DNA of 59,598 nt from a virus. Below the pieces are notes generated by a model. It made no database searches. It was not told the origin of the DNA and saw nothing but the letters and a program-made list of their open reading frames with translations. The DNA lies in the IMG/VR virus record IMGVR_UViG_3300034782_000053; one strand, 5' to 3'. This document shows positions 1 through 8,956 of the stretch, piece by piece. How positions within the stretch are numbered: position 1 is the stretch's first letter; the number at the start of each line of letters is the position of its first letter. The position numbers and the translations under genes are program-made.

Positions 1-236
1 GCGATGCTGCTCTTGTATTTCACCCATCGCCCGCCGATGAGGTATCCGAAGAAGACAAAGACAAGAGGCATCCACAGGTGTCCCTGGACCCAGAGAATAA
101 CGAGCAGGATGGCCATCGTGATGATGAGCCCGATGAGATGTATCCTCGCCTCGCGACAAAAGGCTCGTGAGATCTTCGCGACGGTCTCTTCGTTGACCCA
201 ACGCTCGTCTTTGTAGTCAATTGCTTTTCGTTTCAT
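1..236 (-). CDS. partial CDS (N-terminal part present; C-terminus runs off the window start): small membrane protein with ~2 predicted TM helices
   Basis: ATG at 236-234 (cat on + strand) with GAGGAG ~13 nt upstream. The frame stays open down to position 1 (MKRKAIDYKDERWVNEETVAKISRAF...ILLVILWVQGHLWMPLVFVFFGYLIGG...). It is absent from the ORF track because no stop lies inside the window. Confidence 0.5.
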   Translation of the reverse strand, partial: MKRKAIDYKDERWVNEETVAKISRAFCREARIHLIGLIITMAILLVILWVQGHLWMPLVFVFFGYLIGGRWVKYKSSI

Positions 237-245
237 GGATCGGGC

Positions 246-2783
246 CTACTCCTCTGTCATCTCTTCCAGACGCAGCCGTGCCTGTTGGTAGTTCGAGAGG
301 AGAAGTCCGTCTTCTGTGACCTTGACGCCCTTGACGCGCGACTCGACGCGACTCAGCAGCTCAGACGCCTTCATCCACTGCATGTAACGCGTCGGCTCGT
401 TAGTGAGCTTCTTCGCGTTGCGGATCTGTTCCTGGAGCCACGCGATGTGCTCGGAGCCAGCGAGTGCGGTCGCATGGCCGTATATGATGGAGGCCGCGAC
501 TTCCCCGGGCGGCGGTCCAGAACCCATCGAGGTCTTGAAGGTGCTCGCGAGCCACGTTCGGTGCTCGGCGATCTCGACCGCGATGCGAGTCTGCTCGCAG
601 GATGGGCAGATGTCGCCGTCTCCTGATGTTTGGCTCTCGACGCCGGGATCGCTCGGGTTGAACACGGTGTTGCAGTCGTCGCACTCTTGGTCCTTCAGAA
701 CCAGAACCTCTGAGCACCGACCGCCCTTCATCTCGATCACCCGCTGCAGCTCTTCCATTCGATTCTTGAGCAGAGCAGTGTCCACCTTGTGCCGGTCACC
801 CTTCTTGCCGGCTTCCCTGACCACCTTGATGATGCCCCGCTGCTTCATGTCTTGGGCGATCTTGCGCCACATGGACTTGTAGCCGCCTGCTGCTTGGATG
901 TGACAGTCCCAGGGGCAGTTGATGAGGTCTTCCCAGGTCTTGCTTCCGCTCTCGTGCTTCAGCGTCATCATGAGAGCACGGAGCTGCACCTCGGGCTTCA
1001 TTTCGGCGTCGATGTCGATAAAACCGAGGAGAGCGAGACGTTCGCGGATTGTATCTTTGTCGACCGTCGCGACGCTGACTTTCTTCCGGGTGAGGTTACC
1101 CATGTGGTCCTCTTTACGCGTCTTCTCTGTACCGACGTTCAGCCACGGGAATTCGAGGCTGTACTGCTTGAAAAGATCTACGTCGATTCCGTTCGCCTCA
1201 GCCGTTCCTTTGATGGCCTTTTGAATGGCCACGTCGGCGTCCGCTCCCTGCCAGCTACCCTGTACTCGGAGCAGGTACTGAAGGACACGCTTCTCACCTT
1301 TGAAGTCTTCATGCTTGTAGCCCATCTTCTGCCTCGTTTCCGCTATCTCATAGAGACGGTTCTCAGCCGCCTGGTAGTCGATGCCGAAGTACTCGATGCC
1401 CTTTTTCATGCCCTCTGGATGGTCGGCAGGTCGCCGGGTCATGAACTGGCGCAACCACTCAAGCTCTTCGCTCTGAACCTGTACGCGCTTCTTCTCGAAG
1501 ATGCCCTGGGTGATGCCCGAGATGAACATCCAGGACCCCCCGTAGTTGTCGACCATCCACTGAAGAGCTTTCTCCTCGCCGGGGAAGCGCTCGCCAGAGG
1601 CGGTGGGATCCCACTCTGTCGCCTCTTTGAGCTTCTGCTCGTCCATGTACTCGCCCAGCGCTCGGTTGAGCTGCTCTTCGTTATAGACGAAGGCGACGAC
1701 ACCCGGCGTCTTCTGGCGCAGGATGCCTTCCCACTGGCACCAGAGACAAAAGACCTTCGTTTGTTCGAGGTTCGAAAAGTATGGACCGCAGCGCAGGTGA
1801 TACCACTCGATCTCGCGGTCGAACTCGTCGCAGTTGTTCTTCTCGGCGATCCATCGGAGTCCTATGAGCGCATTTGGGAAGAAGGGCTGAACGAACCAGC
1901 GAGCCTTGTCCTTGAAGTGTTGTGCGATATAAATGAGGTTGATGTGGTACAGCTCGTCATCCGTCTTGTAGATGAAGTTATTGCAAGCCGACGCCCAGTT
2001 GATAAAAGCGTTGAGCTTTCGATCTGAAGAACCCTTGAACGCTCGGGTAAGGAGCAGGCGCTTATGGAGCTGCCTCAGGGTCATTGGCTTTGCGTAGGTC
2101 GGTGTCTCTTCGCTGCTGGTCTCGGTGGCGACCCACCACAAGGCACTGAGCTGTTCTTGGCGGAGCTTGGTTAGCTCTTCTTGTACGGTTTGAGGCATCG
2201 GCTCCTCCTCATGCTTCTGGAATCTATTGCGGTTGACGATGTCACTGATGAGCTTGTCGACAGCGTCGGGTCTAATTTGGCCGTTCAGCTTGAAGGTGCT
2301 TTCGCACTTCATCCAGACGATGACCGAGTAGACGAAGTCCGCGTCAAAGTCGTACTCTCTAGCGATGTCTCTCGCCGTCGGAAACCCCATCCCACAGTAT
2401 TTTTTCTTGGCGCGATCCCTGAAGTGGTGCAGGACGACAAGCACATTCTGGTCGTAGATCATCGAGTCGAGTTGCTTTTTGTTCAGCTCCAAGACGGCCG
2501 GCTTCATAGCTTCGACCCTGACGGTAAAGATGCCGACGTGTTGACACCAGACGATAAACTCTTCGGTGTCCTTGGCCATGTTGTCGTTCGGCCCGTCGAT
2601 ATAGAAGCGCAGGTATTTGAACCAGTCGTCGCTGGTGCATTCGTAGTCGGAGTTCCCCTCGTGCTCTGTGAGCGCCTTGGCCGCATCGCGAAAATGCTCG
2701 GGGATGACGCAGCCCCCATCGAACCATGTGTCGAAAATGGGGCGCCAGCAGCAGCTCTCTCTGACTCCAACGATCTTAGGCAT
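246..2783 (-). CDS. large hypothetical protein (845 aa) with a C-terminal CxxC...CxxC zinc-ribbon; function unknown
   Basis: Longest ORF in the 5' arm. ATG at 2783. Cys pairs CDDC...CPSC. No Walker A or other signature recognised by eye. Confidence 0.8.
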   Translation of the reverse strand: MPKIVGVRESCCWRPIFDTWFDGGCVIPEHFRDAAKALTEHEGNSDYECTSDDWFKYLRFYIDGPNDNMAKDTEEFIVWCQHVGIFTVRVEAMKPAVLELNKKQLDSMIYDQNVLVVLHHFRDRAKKKYCGMGFPTARDIAREYDFDADFVYSVIVWMKCESTFKLNGQIRPDAVDKLISDIVNRNRFQKHEEEPMPQTVQEELTKLRQEQLSALWWVATETSSEETPTYAKPMTLRQLHKRLLLTRAFKGSSDRKLNAFINWASACNNFIYKTDDELYHINLIYIAQHFKDKARWFVQPFFPNALIGLRWIAEKNNCDEFDREIEWYHLRCGPYFSNLEQTKVFCLWCQWEGILRQKTPGVVAFVYNEEQLNRALGEYMDEQKLKEATEWDPTASGERFPGEEKALQWMVDNYGGSWMFISGITQGIFEKKRVQVQSEELEWLRQFMTRRPADHPEGMKKGIEYFGIDYQAAENRLYEIAETRQKMGYKHEDFKGEKRVLQYLLRVQGSWQGADADVAIQKAIKGTAEANGIDVDLFKQYSLEFPWLNVGTEKTRKEDHMGNLTRKKVSVATVDKDTIRERLALLGFIDIDAEMKPEVQLRALMMTLKHESGSKTWEDLINCPWDCHIQAAGGYKSMWRKIAQDMKQRGIIKVVREAGKKGDRHKVDTALLKNRMEELQRVIEMKGGRCSEVLVLKDQECDDCNTVFNPSDPGVESQTSGDGDICPSCEQTRIAVEIAEHRTWLASTFKTSMGSGPPPGEVAASIIYGHATALAGSEHIAWLQEQIRNAKKLTNEPTRYMQWMKASELLSRVESRVKGVKVTEDGLLLSNYQQARLRLEEMTEE

Positions 2784-3063
2784 GTGCTTTCGCCTCCAGA
2801 AATTCGAGCGCTCGTTCGATCTGCTGAAAATCGATCTCGTAACCGCTCACACGTTTTCCATCGTCAGGACGGTCGAACCGTGTGGGCTTCGTAATCTTGC
2901 GCCATACACACCAGTTGAGAAATTCGGACACAAGTCGATCCTTGTAATCGAACTCGTCAACGACCCAGCCAGCGAGGTGTCCATAGGTCTGAAATCGACC
3001 ATCCTGTTCGCCACAGTTTTTGAGCGCGCAGAGCGCTGCCATCTTTGCTTCGCCGAGCGACAT
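2776..3063 (-). CDS. hypothetical protein (95 aa)
   Basis: ORF with an 8-nt overlap onto the downstream gene. Co-directional and compact. Confidence 0.55.
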   Translation of the reverse strand: MSLGEAKMAALCALKNCGEQDGRFQTYGHLAGWVVDEFDYKDRLVSEFLNWCVWRKITKPTRFDRPDDGKRVSGYEIDFQQIERALEFLEAKAHA

Positions 3064-3072
3064 TGATCCCCC

Positions 3073-3420
3073 CTAGTCGTCGCTGTATCCAGCCTCGCCT
3101 TCTCCGTAAGCCACAGACTCACGGGGCATCGCGCACCGGACGCGCTTCGAGAGAAACTGAATAGCCCTGTTGTCCTCACCGCGACAAACACACATCCAGT
3201 AGGACTCGGTCCCGAGCGGTTCCTCCTCACCAGACTCGTTGACGCTGAGAATCTGCCCTCCTCCAGAGCACTCTGCCGGCTTCGCGCTGTCGCAAATATT
3301 GTTACAGGTCGTCGACGGCGGGTCCTCGCAGCCTGGAGCGGTGAAAATGAAGTTGATCCAGAAGGCAAACATGAGCGCGGTGGGTATCCCCCACCCGATT
3401 GCTTTGGTTCTGTGAGTCAT
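3073..3420 (-). CDS. small Cys-rich secreted/membrane-anchored protein (115 aa)
   Basis: N-terminal hydrophobic segment (IGWGIPTALMFAFWINFIFTA) followed by ~10 Cys. Preceded by the conserved upstream palindromic element (3448-3482). Confidence 0.65.
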   Translation of the reverse strand: MTHRTKAIGWGIPTALMFAFWINFIFTAPGCEDPPSTTCNNICDSAKPAECSGGGQILSVNESGEEEPLGTESYWMCVCRGEDNRAIQFLSKRVRCAMPRESVAYGEGEAGYSDD

Positions 3421-3447
3421 GGGGCCGTACCTTTGACTTTGTGCGGT

Positions 3448-3482
3448 ACCAAAAGTAGCATGTGCTACACAGCGGTGTCCAG
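3448..3482 (-). promoter_or_regulatory. candidate promoter/operator: T-tract + CTGGACA (-35-like) + N7 + palindrome GTAGCACATGCTAC (minus-strand reading)
   Basis: One of three copies of the same architecture. It sits 35 nt upstream of gene 3073..3420. Confidence 0.45.
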
Positions 3483-3527
3483 AAAAAAGGTCGAGGTCTT
3501 GCGGAGATGAATAGTCCTGAGGATGGA

Positions 3528-4373
3528 TTATAACGGAGTCTCGCCGAACAGCTCGACGAGCTTGGCAACGCGCCCAGAGACGGGCATTTCGCAGAACTCC
3601 TCGCCCTGGATCGCCTCGACATGCTTCTGGTGCTTCCAGCCGTCGAGGATCTCATCGATGAGGTCAGAGGACTTACCGGCTTCGATGGCCTCTTTGACGC
3701 GATCGGTGAGTCTCACGTACTTCTCTTCATCGCTGACCACTTCGATGGTAGCCATTCCCTTCTCATCGAGTCGATCGATAAGCATTGCGAAGGCAGCCTG
3801 GGGGTCGGCTAGCGTCCAGGCAGCAATCGCCTCCATGGCGTGGTAGGGTATTTTTTCACCCACCGCGTCGAGAAACTCGACCTCCATCTTCTGCTCTTCG
3901 TCGACCCCGTGGTTGCAGCCGCACTGCCCGCAGTCACAGGCTTCCTCCCCGTGCTCATAGGAGAGTGGTCCTGTCTTGCAGCCTTCGCAGAAATCGTGCG
4001 CTCCAGGGGGCTCGACGAGACACCAGCGCTCGACTTCGTAGTGGTGCTCATGACCTTCGATAGGAGGGAGCTTGGCGAACTGAAAGATGCAGAACTTGTC
4101 TCCGAGCTGCATGGACTCACCGAGATTGATGGCTCGCCCCTCCTCTTTCAGCTCGATCATGTACTCGCCGACCTGATTAAGGATGCTGCCAGCCATCCCG
4201 TAGAGAAACGTCTGGAGCCCGCGAATCTCCAGCTCGGGGAGCCCGAACTTGTCGAGCCCATGGGTATGAACCCAGCCATGAGCCGGGCTCCCCTCCTTGT
4301 CGCTGATGAGATGGACTGCGATCATCTCTTGAATGCGTGGTTTTTCTGTCTCGCTCACAGTATTTCCTCCCAT
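3528..4373 (-). CDS. hypothetical Cys/His-rich protein (start at internal ATG 4373; ORF-track start 4475 is a probable 5' extension)
   Basis: ATG at 4373 (cat 4371-4373). The stretch upstream of 4373 overlaps the NUDIX gene, so the internal start is the more plausible one. CEGC...CDCGQCGC cluster. Confidence 0.55.
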   Translation of the reverse strand: MGGNTVSETEKPRIQEMIAVHLISDKEGSPAHGWVHTHGLDKFGLPELEIRGLQTFLYGMAGSILNQVGEYMIELKEEGRAINLGESMQLGDKFCIFQFAKLPPIEGHEHHYEVERWCLVEPPGAHDFCEGCKTGPLSYEHGEEACDCGQCGCNHGVDEEQKMEVEFLDAVGEKIPYHAMEAIAAWTLADPQAAFAMLIDRLDEKGMATIEVVSDEEKYVRLTDRVKEAIEAGKSSDLIDEILDGWKHQKHVEAIQGEEFCEMPVSGRVAKLVELFGETPL

Positions 4374-4981
4374 GGGCCTATGCCGCATGTCTTGCATGTC
4401 CCCGTGCATCTGGTGCCGAGGTTGAAGTAGTTGGCGACGGGAAGGTATCGGAACATGTCCGCGGTGATCTGGCACTCCGGACAGGTCCCGCCCATCGCAT
4501 CGAGCTTATCGGCATTGGACTGGAGCCCCCTTTGGATCTCAACGGGGACACCTGCGTCGTCGGAGACACCATCCGGCTGCTTTCCAAGGATGTCAGGGTG
4601 TTCCTTCATCAGATTGAAAACGGGGAGAAACTGGGGAAATGGAATGTTGTCCTTTTCAACCCAGAGCCATTTTGCGCACTTATCAGGTTCTCGAAGCGCA
4701 GGCGTGCCTTCTGCATCGGCAAAGAGGAACAGGGTGATGTAGTGCTTCTTCTCTGCAAGAAAGATATCGTTGGTCCATGGGCCACGGCGAATGTTGAGCA
4801 ACCGCAGTCCCGTCTCCTCCATTGCCTCGCGCTCGCAGGCCTGCTCTGGCGTCTCACCGGGCTCGATGTGTCCACCTGGAAAGGACCAGCGGCCGGCCCC
4901 GTGTGAGTTTTTCCTCTGGCCCATGAGGATCTTGCCGTCGCGCTCGATGATGGCTGCTACGCCGACTTTTACTTTGTCCAT
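4355..4981 (-). CDS. NUDIX hydrolase with C-terminal Cys4 zinc-ribbon extension
   Basis: Canonical Nudix box GGHIEPGETPEQACEREAMEETGL (Gx5Ex7REUxEExGU). ATG at 4981 with GGGAGGG SD. Position 5005 in the ORF track is a GTG. C-terminal CPEC...CKTC. Confidence 0.85.
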   Translation of the reverse strand: MDKVKVGVAAIIERDGKILMGQRKNSHGAGRWSFPGGHIEPGETPEQACEREAMEETGLRLLNIRRGPWTNDIFLAEKKHYITLFLFADAEGTPALREPDKCAKWLWVEKDNIPFPQFLPVFNLMKEHPDILGKQPDGVSDDAGVPVEIQRGLQSNADKLDAMGGTCPECQITADMFRYLPVANYFNLGTRCTGTCKTCGIGPWEEIL

Positions 4982-5466
4982 ATCTTCTCGCCCTCCCAGT
5001 CCCACCAGGCGGTTCCTGGCTTGCCTTCGAGGTGGTCCATACAGAACTTGAGCATATCGGTCAGATCGGTGAAGACGACCTCGTCTCCTATCGACTTGAT
5101 CCAGCCATGTCCGTTGTTGAAGTGGGGCTCGACGATGTAGCCGTTTCTCCCGGTGCGTATCGATACTCCCCGCGCCGTCTCTTTCTCGCCGATCATCTCG
5201 TCGCGATCGATAGAGCGAGTCTCAGGAAGCGCGGAGAGGTCTCCTGTCAGGTATGTCCGAAGGTAGGAGACGGCGTCATGTGCGTTCTTGACGATCTGGG
5301 GATTGGTAAAGAGCATGGAGCCACCGAAGTATCCTCCGGACGATCCCCCCTGGTCAGAGGACGACGTAACGGTTGTGATGCGTTCGTTTGTCAAGATGGA
5401 GACGGTGCGCTGAAAGATTCTTTCAGGCATCGCGATGTCGCTGTTCTTTTCTTTTTCCGTCGTCAT
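4969..5466 (-). CDS. hypothetical protein (165 aa)
   Basis: ORF with ATG at 5466. Gly/Ser-rich linker. Compact co-directional context. Confidence 0.6.
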   Translation of the reverse strand: MTTEKEKNSDIAMPERIFQRTVSILTNERITTVTSSSDQGGSSGGYFGGSMLFTNPQIVKNAHDAVSYLRTYLTGDLSALPETRSIDRDEMIGEKETARGVSIRTGRNGYIVEPHFNNGHGWIKSIGDEVVFTDLTDMLKFCMDHLEGKPGTAWWDWEGEKIWTK

Positions 5467-5468
5467 GG

Positions 5469-5951
5469 CTAATCGTCCTTGTCGAATATGGTGGAGTCAA
5501 AGATGCCGCCACCAAAGTCAGACATTTTCGGCATCTTTGGCATCTTCGGCATAGGCGGCTTCGGAGGCATCTTCATCCTCCATGGGCTCGTCTTCGGACG
5601 CATCTTCATCCTCCATGGGCTCGTCGGTGGCTTCGGACGCTTTGGACGCTTCGGACGCTTCGGCTTCTTGATAACCGGCTTCTTCAGCTTCTTCTTCGGG
5701 GGGATGGGTTCTTTGTCGCGAGGCGCGCGTTGGAAGCCATCGGTCACCATTTTGCCGTCGTACCATTCGGCTCCGCAACGGGTGCAGAACTTGTCGATGC
5801 CGGCGTCTGGATGGAGGTGCGAGAGCCCGGCGTTCTTCCCCATGTTGATGCCGAGCACATACCACTTGTGACCGATAAACCAGCAGACGGGCCGAGCCCA
5901 CCAGCGTTTGACGAGCATGGGGGTTTCGATTTTGGTGGTTCGATAGCCCAT
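5469..5951 (-). CDS. hypothetical protein with extremely basic Pro/Lys repeat tail (PKRPKRPKRPK, TSPWRMKM x2, PKMPKMPKM)
   Basis: ATG at 5951. Its DNA contains a 33-bp direct repeat x2 and a 9-bp ttcggacgc repeat x3-4 (5525-5670). Confidence 0.65.
   Translation of the reverse strand: MGYRTTKIETPMLVKRWWARPVCWFIGHKWYVLGINMGKNAGLSHLHPDAGIDKFCTRCGAEWYDGKMVTDGFQRAPRDKEPIPPKKKLKKPVIKKPKRPKRPKRPKPPTSPWRMKMRPKTSPWRMKMPPKPPMPKMPKMPKMSDFGGGIFDSTIFDKDD
5525..5670. repeat. in-gene direct repeats: 33-bp unit x2 (ttcggacgcatcttcatcctccatgggctcgtc) plus 9-bp ttcggacgc x3-4
   Basis: Read directly in the sequence. Encodes PKRPK / TSPWRMKM peptide repeats. Confidence 0.8.
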
Positions 5952-6263
5952 CTATGGAAGCTTCCCGACTCTTGAATCAGCAAACGGGCATTCAGCGCAG
6001 TCGTCGGGTGCGTTGCCGTTTTCATCAAAAAGGGGAGGCTTCGTTATTTCACAGCAGCAGTGGCACTCGCCAACTCCAGCAGCAGCCATAAGCTTGTTCT
6101 TTAGGTCACTGAAATCATGGGGCGACGTGTATACCCTCTCCAAGAAATCGTATAGATTGCTCGGCGCATGACCCGTGGCAAGATCAATGAAGTCCAGCGC
6201 ACATGCAACCTGCACCATCTCAGATCTTGTAAGCTCGACGGTTTCTTTTGATTCTGCTTTCAT
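5952..6263 (-). CDS. hypothetical Cys-rich protein (start 6263 supported by ATGA overlap with the upstream stop; ORF-track start 6311)
   Basis: cat at 6261-6263 overlaps the tca stop at 6260-6262. CHCCCE...CAECP motifs. Confidence 0.55.
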   Translation of the reverse strand: MKAESKETVELTRSEMVQVACALDFIDLATGHAPSNLYDFLERVYTSPHDFSDLKNKLMAAAGVGECHCCCEITKPPLFDENGNAPDDCAECPFADSRVGKLP

Positions 6264-6742
6264 TGTTGTCTCTCCCTCTCTCGGTTTAGTGAATCTATGA
6301 TGTTGACACACAGGAGTAATACGTTGTGAATGGTGCGAATTTCGTCCATCCTCAGGACGACGGTGTCATCGTCCTCGATGCCCTCCTCTCTGTCGACAAT
6401 GCGGCCCAATTCCAAGACGCGCTGAAGCGCTTGCTCGGGTGTCCAATCGAGGAGTAGCTCCCAGGCGCGCTGCTGCGTCTGTGGACAAGGCCCCATCGGG
6501 TAGTAGCCAGTGCCTCCACAGAAGCGGCAGATCCGCATCTGCATGCAAGAACGGCCCTCTTCGGTCAGATACCAGCACCCCCAAGGGTTGACGTCTCCAG
6601 GGCCTTCTTCTCGCTCCGAGAAGTCATGCCACTGTTCCAGGTACTCCATCATCTGCGAGCGATGAAACTCGTAGTATTCCTGCCGGCCAATGATCATCGG
6701 CGCATAGCCAGTGCCTCTGCATTTGATGCAAGTGCGTTTCAT
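6260..6742 (-). CDS. small protein with two DnaJ-type zinc-finger repeats (CxxCxGxG)
   Basis: CIKCRGTGY and CRFCGGTGY motifs. ATG at 6742 in an ATGA overlap with the upstream stop (6739-6741). ORF-track start 6910 is a 5' extension. Confidence 0.65.
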   Translation of the reverse strand: MKRTCIKCRGTGYAPMIIGRQEYYEFHRSQMMEYLEQWHDFSEREEGPGDVNPWGCWYLTEEGRSCMQMRICRFCGGTGYYPMGPCPQTQQRAWELLLDWTPEQALQRVLELGRIVDREEGIEDDDTVVLRMDEIRTIHNVLLLCVNIIDSLNRERERQQ

Positions 6743-7008
6743 AATCCCATCCACGAACGGATGATGACAAAGTACTTTCCGAGACCCGTCTTGGTCTCGA
6801 CCTCTGGATCCTCGATGTAGTATTTGCAGACGAAGGCCACGTGAGCCGGCTTGAATCGAGCATCCATATGCTTGGCGTGGAGGTAACTCCAGTTCTTGCA
6901 GATGCCCCACCAGGCGAATTTGAAGCTGGAGTGCTTGCAGGTGACGCAGCTCTCGACGATTCGGACCTCGTGGTCGGCAAGTATCTTGAGCTTGTTCTCA
7001 TCGGGCAT
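6739..7008 (-). CDS. hypothetical protein (89 aa)
   Basis: ATG at 7008. ATGA coupling to the downstream gene. Confidence 0.6.
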   Translation of the reverse strand: MPDENKLKILADHEVRIVESCVTCKHSSFKFAWWGICKNWSYLHAKHMDARFKPAHVAFVCKYYIEDPEVETKTGLGKYFVIIRSWMGL

Positions 7009-7064
7009 GGGGGCTCACCTCCCGCGGGCCGAGATGAGGAGAAATAGGACTGAGAAAGAACGTT

Positions 7065-7412
7065 TCAATGTCCTTCGACTTCCTCGACGCGAAGACGAGC
7101 CATCTCCGACTGAGCACATTGGCTCTTATTGAACGCTCGCCAATGGATGGCGACGATGTCACCCTTCTTCATTTCGAGCTGGTCACGAAATTCTTTCTTG
7201 GACCCAAGGCTAAGGCGATCACTGAGGATAGAGTGGTTGCCGTCGCGAATCAGAACAATCCGGACATCAGCGAAACGGTAGTCGAGGTCTGCTTCGATTT
7301 TGCAAAGCCCCTCTTGACCGTCCCATTCGACAGAAATGTCTTCCACCCACGTCAACGCAGAACAAAGATGGAGGTTCTGCCGCTTGGTCGTCTTGTAGTC
7401 CCACTGGACCAT
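7065..7412 (-). CDS. hypothetical protein (115 aa)
   Basis: ORF with ATG at 7412. Confidence 0.6.
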   Translation of the reverse strand: MVQWDYKTTKRQNLHLCSALTWVEDISVEWDGQEGLCKIEADLDYRFADVRIVLIRDGNHSILSDRLSLGSKKEFRDQLEMKKGDIVAIHWRAFNKSQCAQSEMARLRVEEVEGH

Positions 7413-7414
7413 CG

Positions 7415-7654
7415 CTACACTTCGTCGTCTTCCTCAGGTGGTCCTTCCTCGTCCATCCCCTCAACGTCCTCTTCGACCCACATCACGGCCTGCTCGAAGT
7501 CGTTGGTGTGTTGTGGTGTTTCTTGTGGGGTGCTCGACTTGGTGCCAGCTTCGAGCACGATGCCGTCACCATCGGCGATCGGGCTCATCCGCGTGATCGC
7601 GTCGGGCCATGCGCAGTGTGCCCCCTTCTCGTCGATAAACAGAATCCAACCCAT
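7415..7654 (-). CDS. hypothetical acidic protein (80 aa)
   Basis: Internal ATG at 7654 with AGGAAGG SD 7 nt upstream. The longer ORF-track version (7846) overlaps the upstream gene. Confidence 0.55.
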   Translation of the reverse strand: MGWILFIDEKGAHCAWPDAITRMSPIADGDGIVLEAGTKSSTPQETPQHTNDFEQAVMWVEEDVEGMDEEGPPEEDDEV

Positions 7655-7677
7655 GTCGTGCCTTCCTTTCTTTACTC

Positions 7678-8217
7678 TCAGCAGAACTTGACGCAGCCTC
7701 CTTGGGCTGCTGTCTCGAACGCAGCATACAGTTTTGTATAGGTTGAGAGAAACCATGGCCCCGTCTTTGCGGAATGCTCGACGACGCGGTATCTCCAGTT
7801 CGCAAAGTCTGTGGCGAGGCGCTGCGACCACTCGGGGCCGATACATCCTTCGTTGTCCCCAAAGAAAAGTATTCCGGCGAAGGTCGACTCGGCGTACTGG
7901 TCCGGATCGTCCCAGAGCGACTCGATTGCTTCAACGTCGTGAACGAGCCTGGCGAGCTGGTTTCGGAACTCGCCATAGAGCGCGTAGGCCCCGATGGGTG
8001 CTCTGCGAAAGTAACGAGTGTCGAAACAACCATAGAGAAGAATGTGGTTCAGGTTGCGAGCCATAACGATGGGCTCGGGGAGCCCTTTACCACGATTGAT
8101 CGACTCCATGATGTTGTAGAGGCATTCGTGGTCTTCTCGTTCGCAGAATTTGCCAAGGTCACCCTCGGCGCATTCGAGCTTCACCAGCGTGTCTGTGAAC
8201 TTGAGATCGAGTCCCAT
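7678..8217 (-). CDS. hypothetical protein (~180 aa)
   Basis: ATG at 8217, adjacent to the stop of the upstream gene (8220). Confidence 0.65.
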   Translation of the reverse strand: MGLDLKFTDTLVKLECAEGDLGKFCEREDHECLYNIMESINRGKGLPEPIVMARNLNHILLYGCFDTRYFRRAPIGAYALYGEFRNQLARLVHDVEAIESLWDDPDQYAESTFAGILFFGDNEGCIGPEWSQRLATDFANWRYRVVEHSAKTGPWFLSTYTKLYAAFETAAQGGCVKFC

Positions 8218-8219
8218 GG

Positions 8220-8543
8220 TTACTCCTGGTTCAGCGCTTCGACCCACGCCTCTTCAGAGCAGATATTGAACTTCACCATTTCCTTGCGGTAGTGCCACCA
8301 GCCTTTGCAGCGCATCTCCCAGATGACCTTGAGCGCCGCGTCAACGTCCTTCTCCTTCAGGCATGGGTACACGTTGCTTTGCCCCACGTCAAAGCCTCGC
8401 CGCCGCAGAAGCTCCTTCTGTGCTGACATAGAGCAAAGATCTCCCCTGAGCGTGAAGGTGTGCTCTTTGTCTCGCTCGCCCCTGGGGTCTTTTACCGCGT
8501 CCTGGAGGAGACCGAAGACGCCTTCGTCTATTGTGAAGCTCAT
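8220..8543 (-). CDS. hypothetical protein (107 aa)
   Basis: ATG at 8543. ATGA overlap with the upstream gene. Confidence 0.6.
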   Translation of the reverse strand: MSFTIDEGVFGLLQDAVKDPRGERDKEHTFTLRGDLCSMSAQKELLRRRGFDVGQSNVYPCLKEKDVDAALKVIWEMRCKGWWHYRKEMVKFNICSEEAWVEALNQE

Positions 8544-8953
8544 GGTTTGTTCTCCTCATCCGGGAACCCCGACGCCGCCAAGAGCGAGTCAGGAAACGAT
8601 GGCAGTGACCTTAGCTTGGCGAGAGCTTTCTCCCGACGGTCTGGGTCGTACTTGTTGAGCAGCTCGTCGGCCCGTCTCAGCGCCTCGTGCGCCTTCTCGG
8701 TGTCGAGCGGGCTGAAGAGGTTGAAATAGTGCTCCATGACGTCGGCCTGCTCCTCTTGCATCATTCGGGTTCGGGCCTTCCACATGTCGCGGTCGTCACG
8801 GTAGGTCACAGCATTCTTAAGGAGTTCAATGACGATCTCGCTCGTCGTCTTCTCACCGTCCAATTCGTCCCCAAGATGATTAATGACCCAGTCGCGGATC
8901 TCGCGGTAGCCGACCTCGGGGACCTCTCTTTTAGGGAGCGTGGGGATTCCCAT
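8540..8953 (-). CDS. hypothetical protein (137 aa)
   Basis: ATG at 8953. Confidence 0.65.
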   Translation of the reverse strand: MGIPTLPKREVPEVGYREIRDWVINHLGDELDGEKTTSEIVIELLKNAVTYRDDRDMWKARTRMMQEEQADVMEHYFNLFSPLDTEKAHEALRRADELLNKYDPDRREKALAKLRSLPSFPDSLLAASGFPDEENKP

Positions 8954-8956
8954 GGC

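Noticed and set aside
789-2027. 412-aa plus-strand ORF, along with many other long plus-strand ORFs (10486..11484 portion, 13060..13818, 16000..16776, 17402..18523, 30342..31301, 32698..33717, 42405..43331, 46052..46951, 47945..49075, 49831..50592, 50276..51055)
   Set aside because: All lie antisense to minus-strand genes that have recognisable domains, SDs and coupling. Their translations are low-complexity and Arg/Ser/Leu-rich, typical of shadow ORFs in high-GC DNA. Only the 11485..12231 part of the 10486..12231 ORF (methyltransferase) is accepted.
246-2783. 845-aa protein as terminase large subunit, primase or helicase
   Set aside because: No Walker A or B, no nuclease or primase signatures recognisable by eye. 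Only a C-terminal zinc ribbon. Left as hypothetical.
3421-3527. tRNA or small RNA in the 107-nt and 114-nt intergenic gaps (3421-3527, 56234-56347)
   Set aside because: No T-loop (GTTCRANYC) or cloverleaf-compatible pairing visible. The gaps are occupied by the promoter-like palindrome and 13-mer elements instead.
6260-6910. Long N-terminal extensions of ORF-track entries (6260..6910, 13860, 15472, 22567, 36198, 36857, 44438, 46068, 46391, 51106, 51726 starts)
   Set aside because: The extensions overlap the upstream gene by tens to hundreds of nt and contain Arg-rich junk. Internal ATGs with an SD or ATGA/TGATG coupling give N-termini matching the family consensus.
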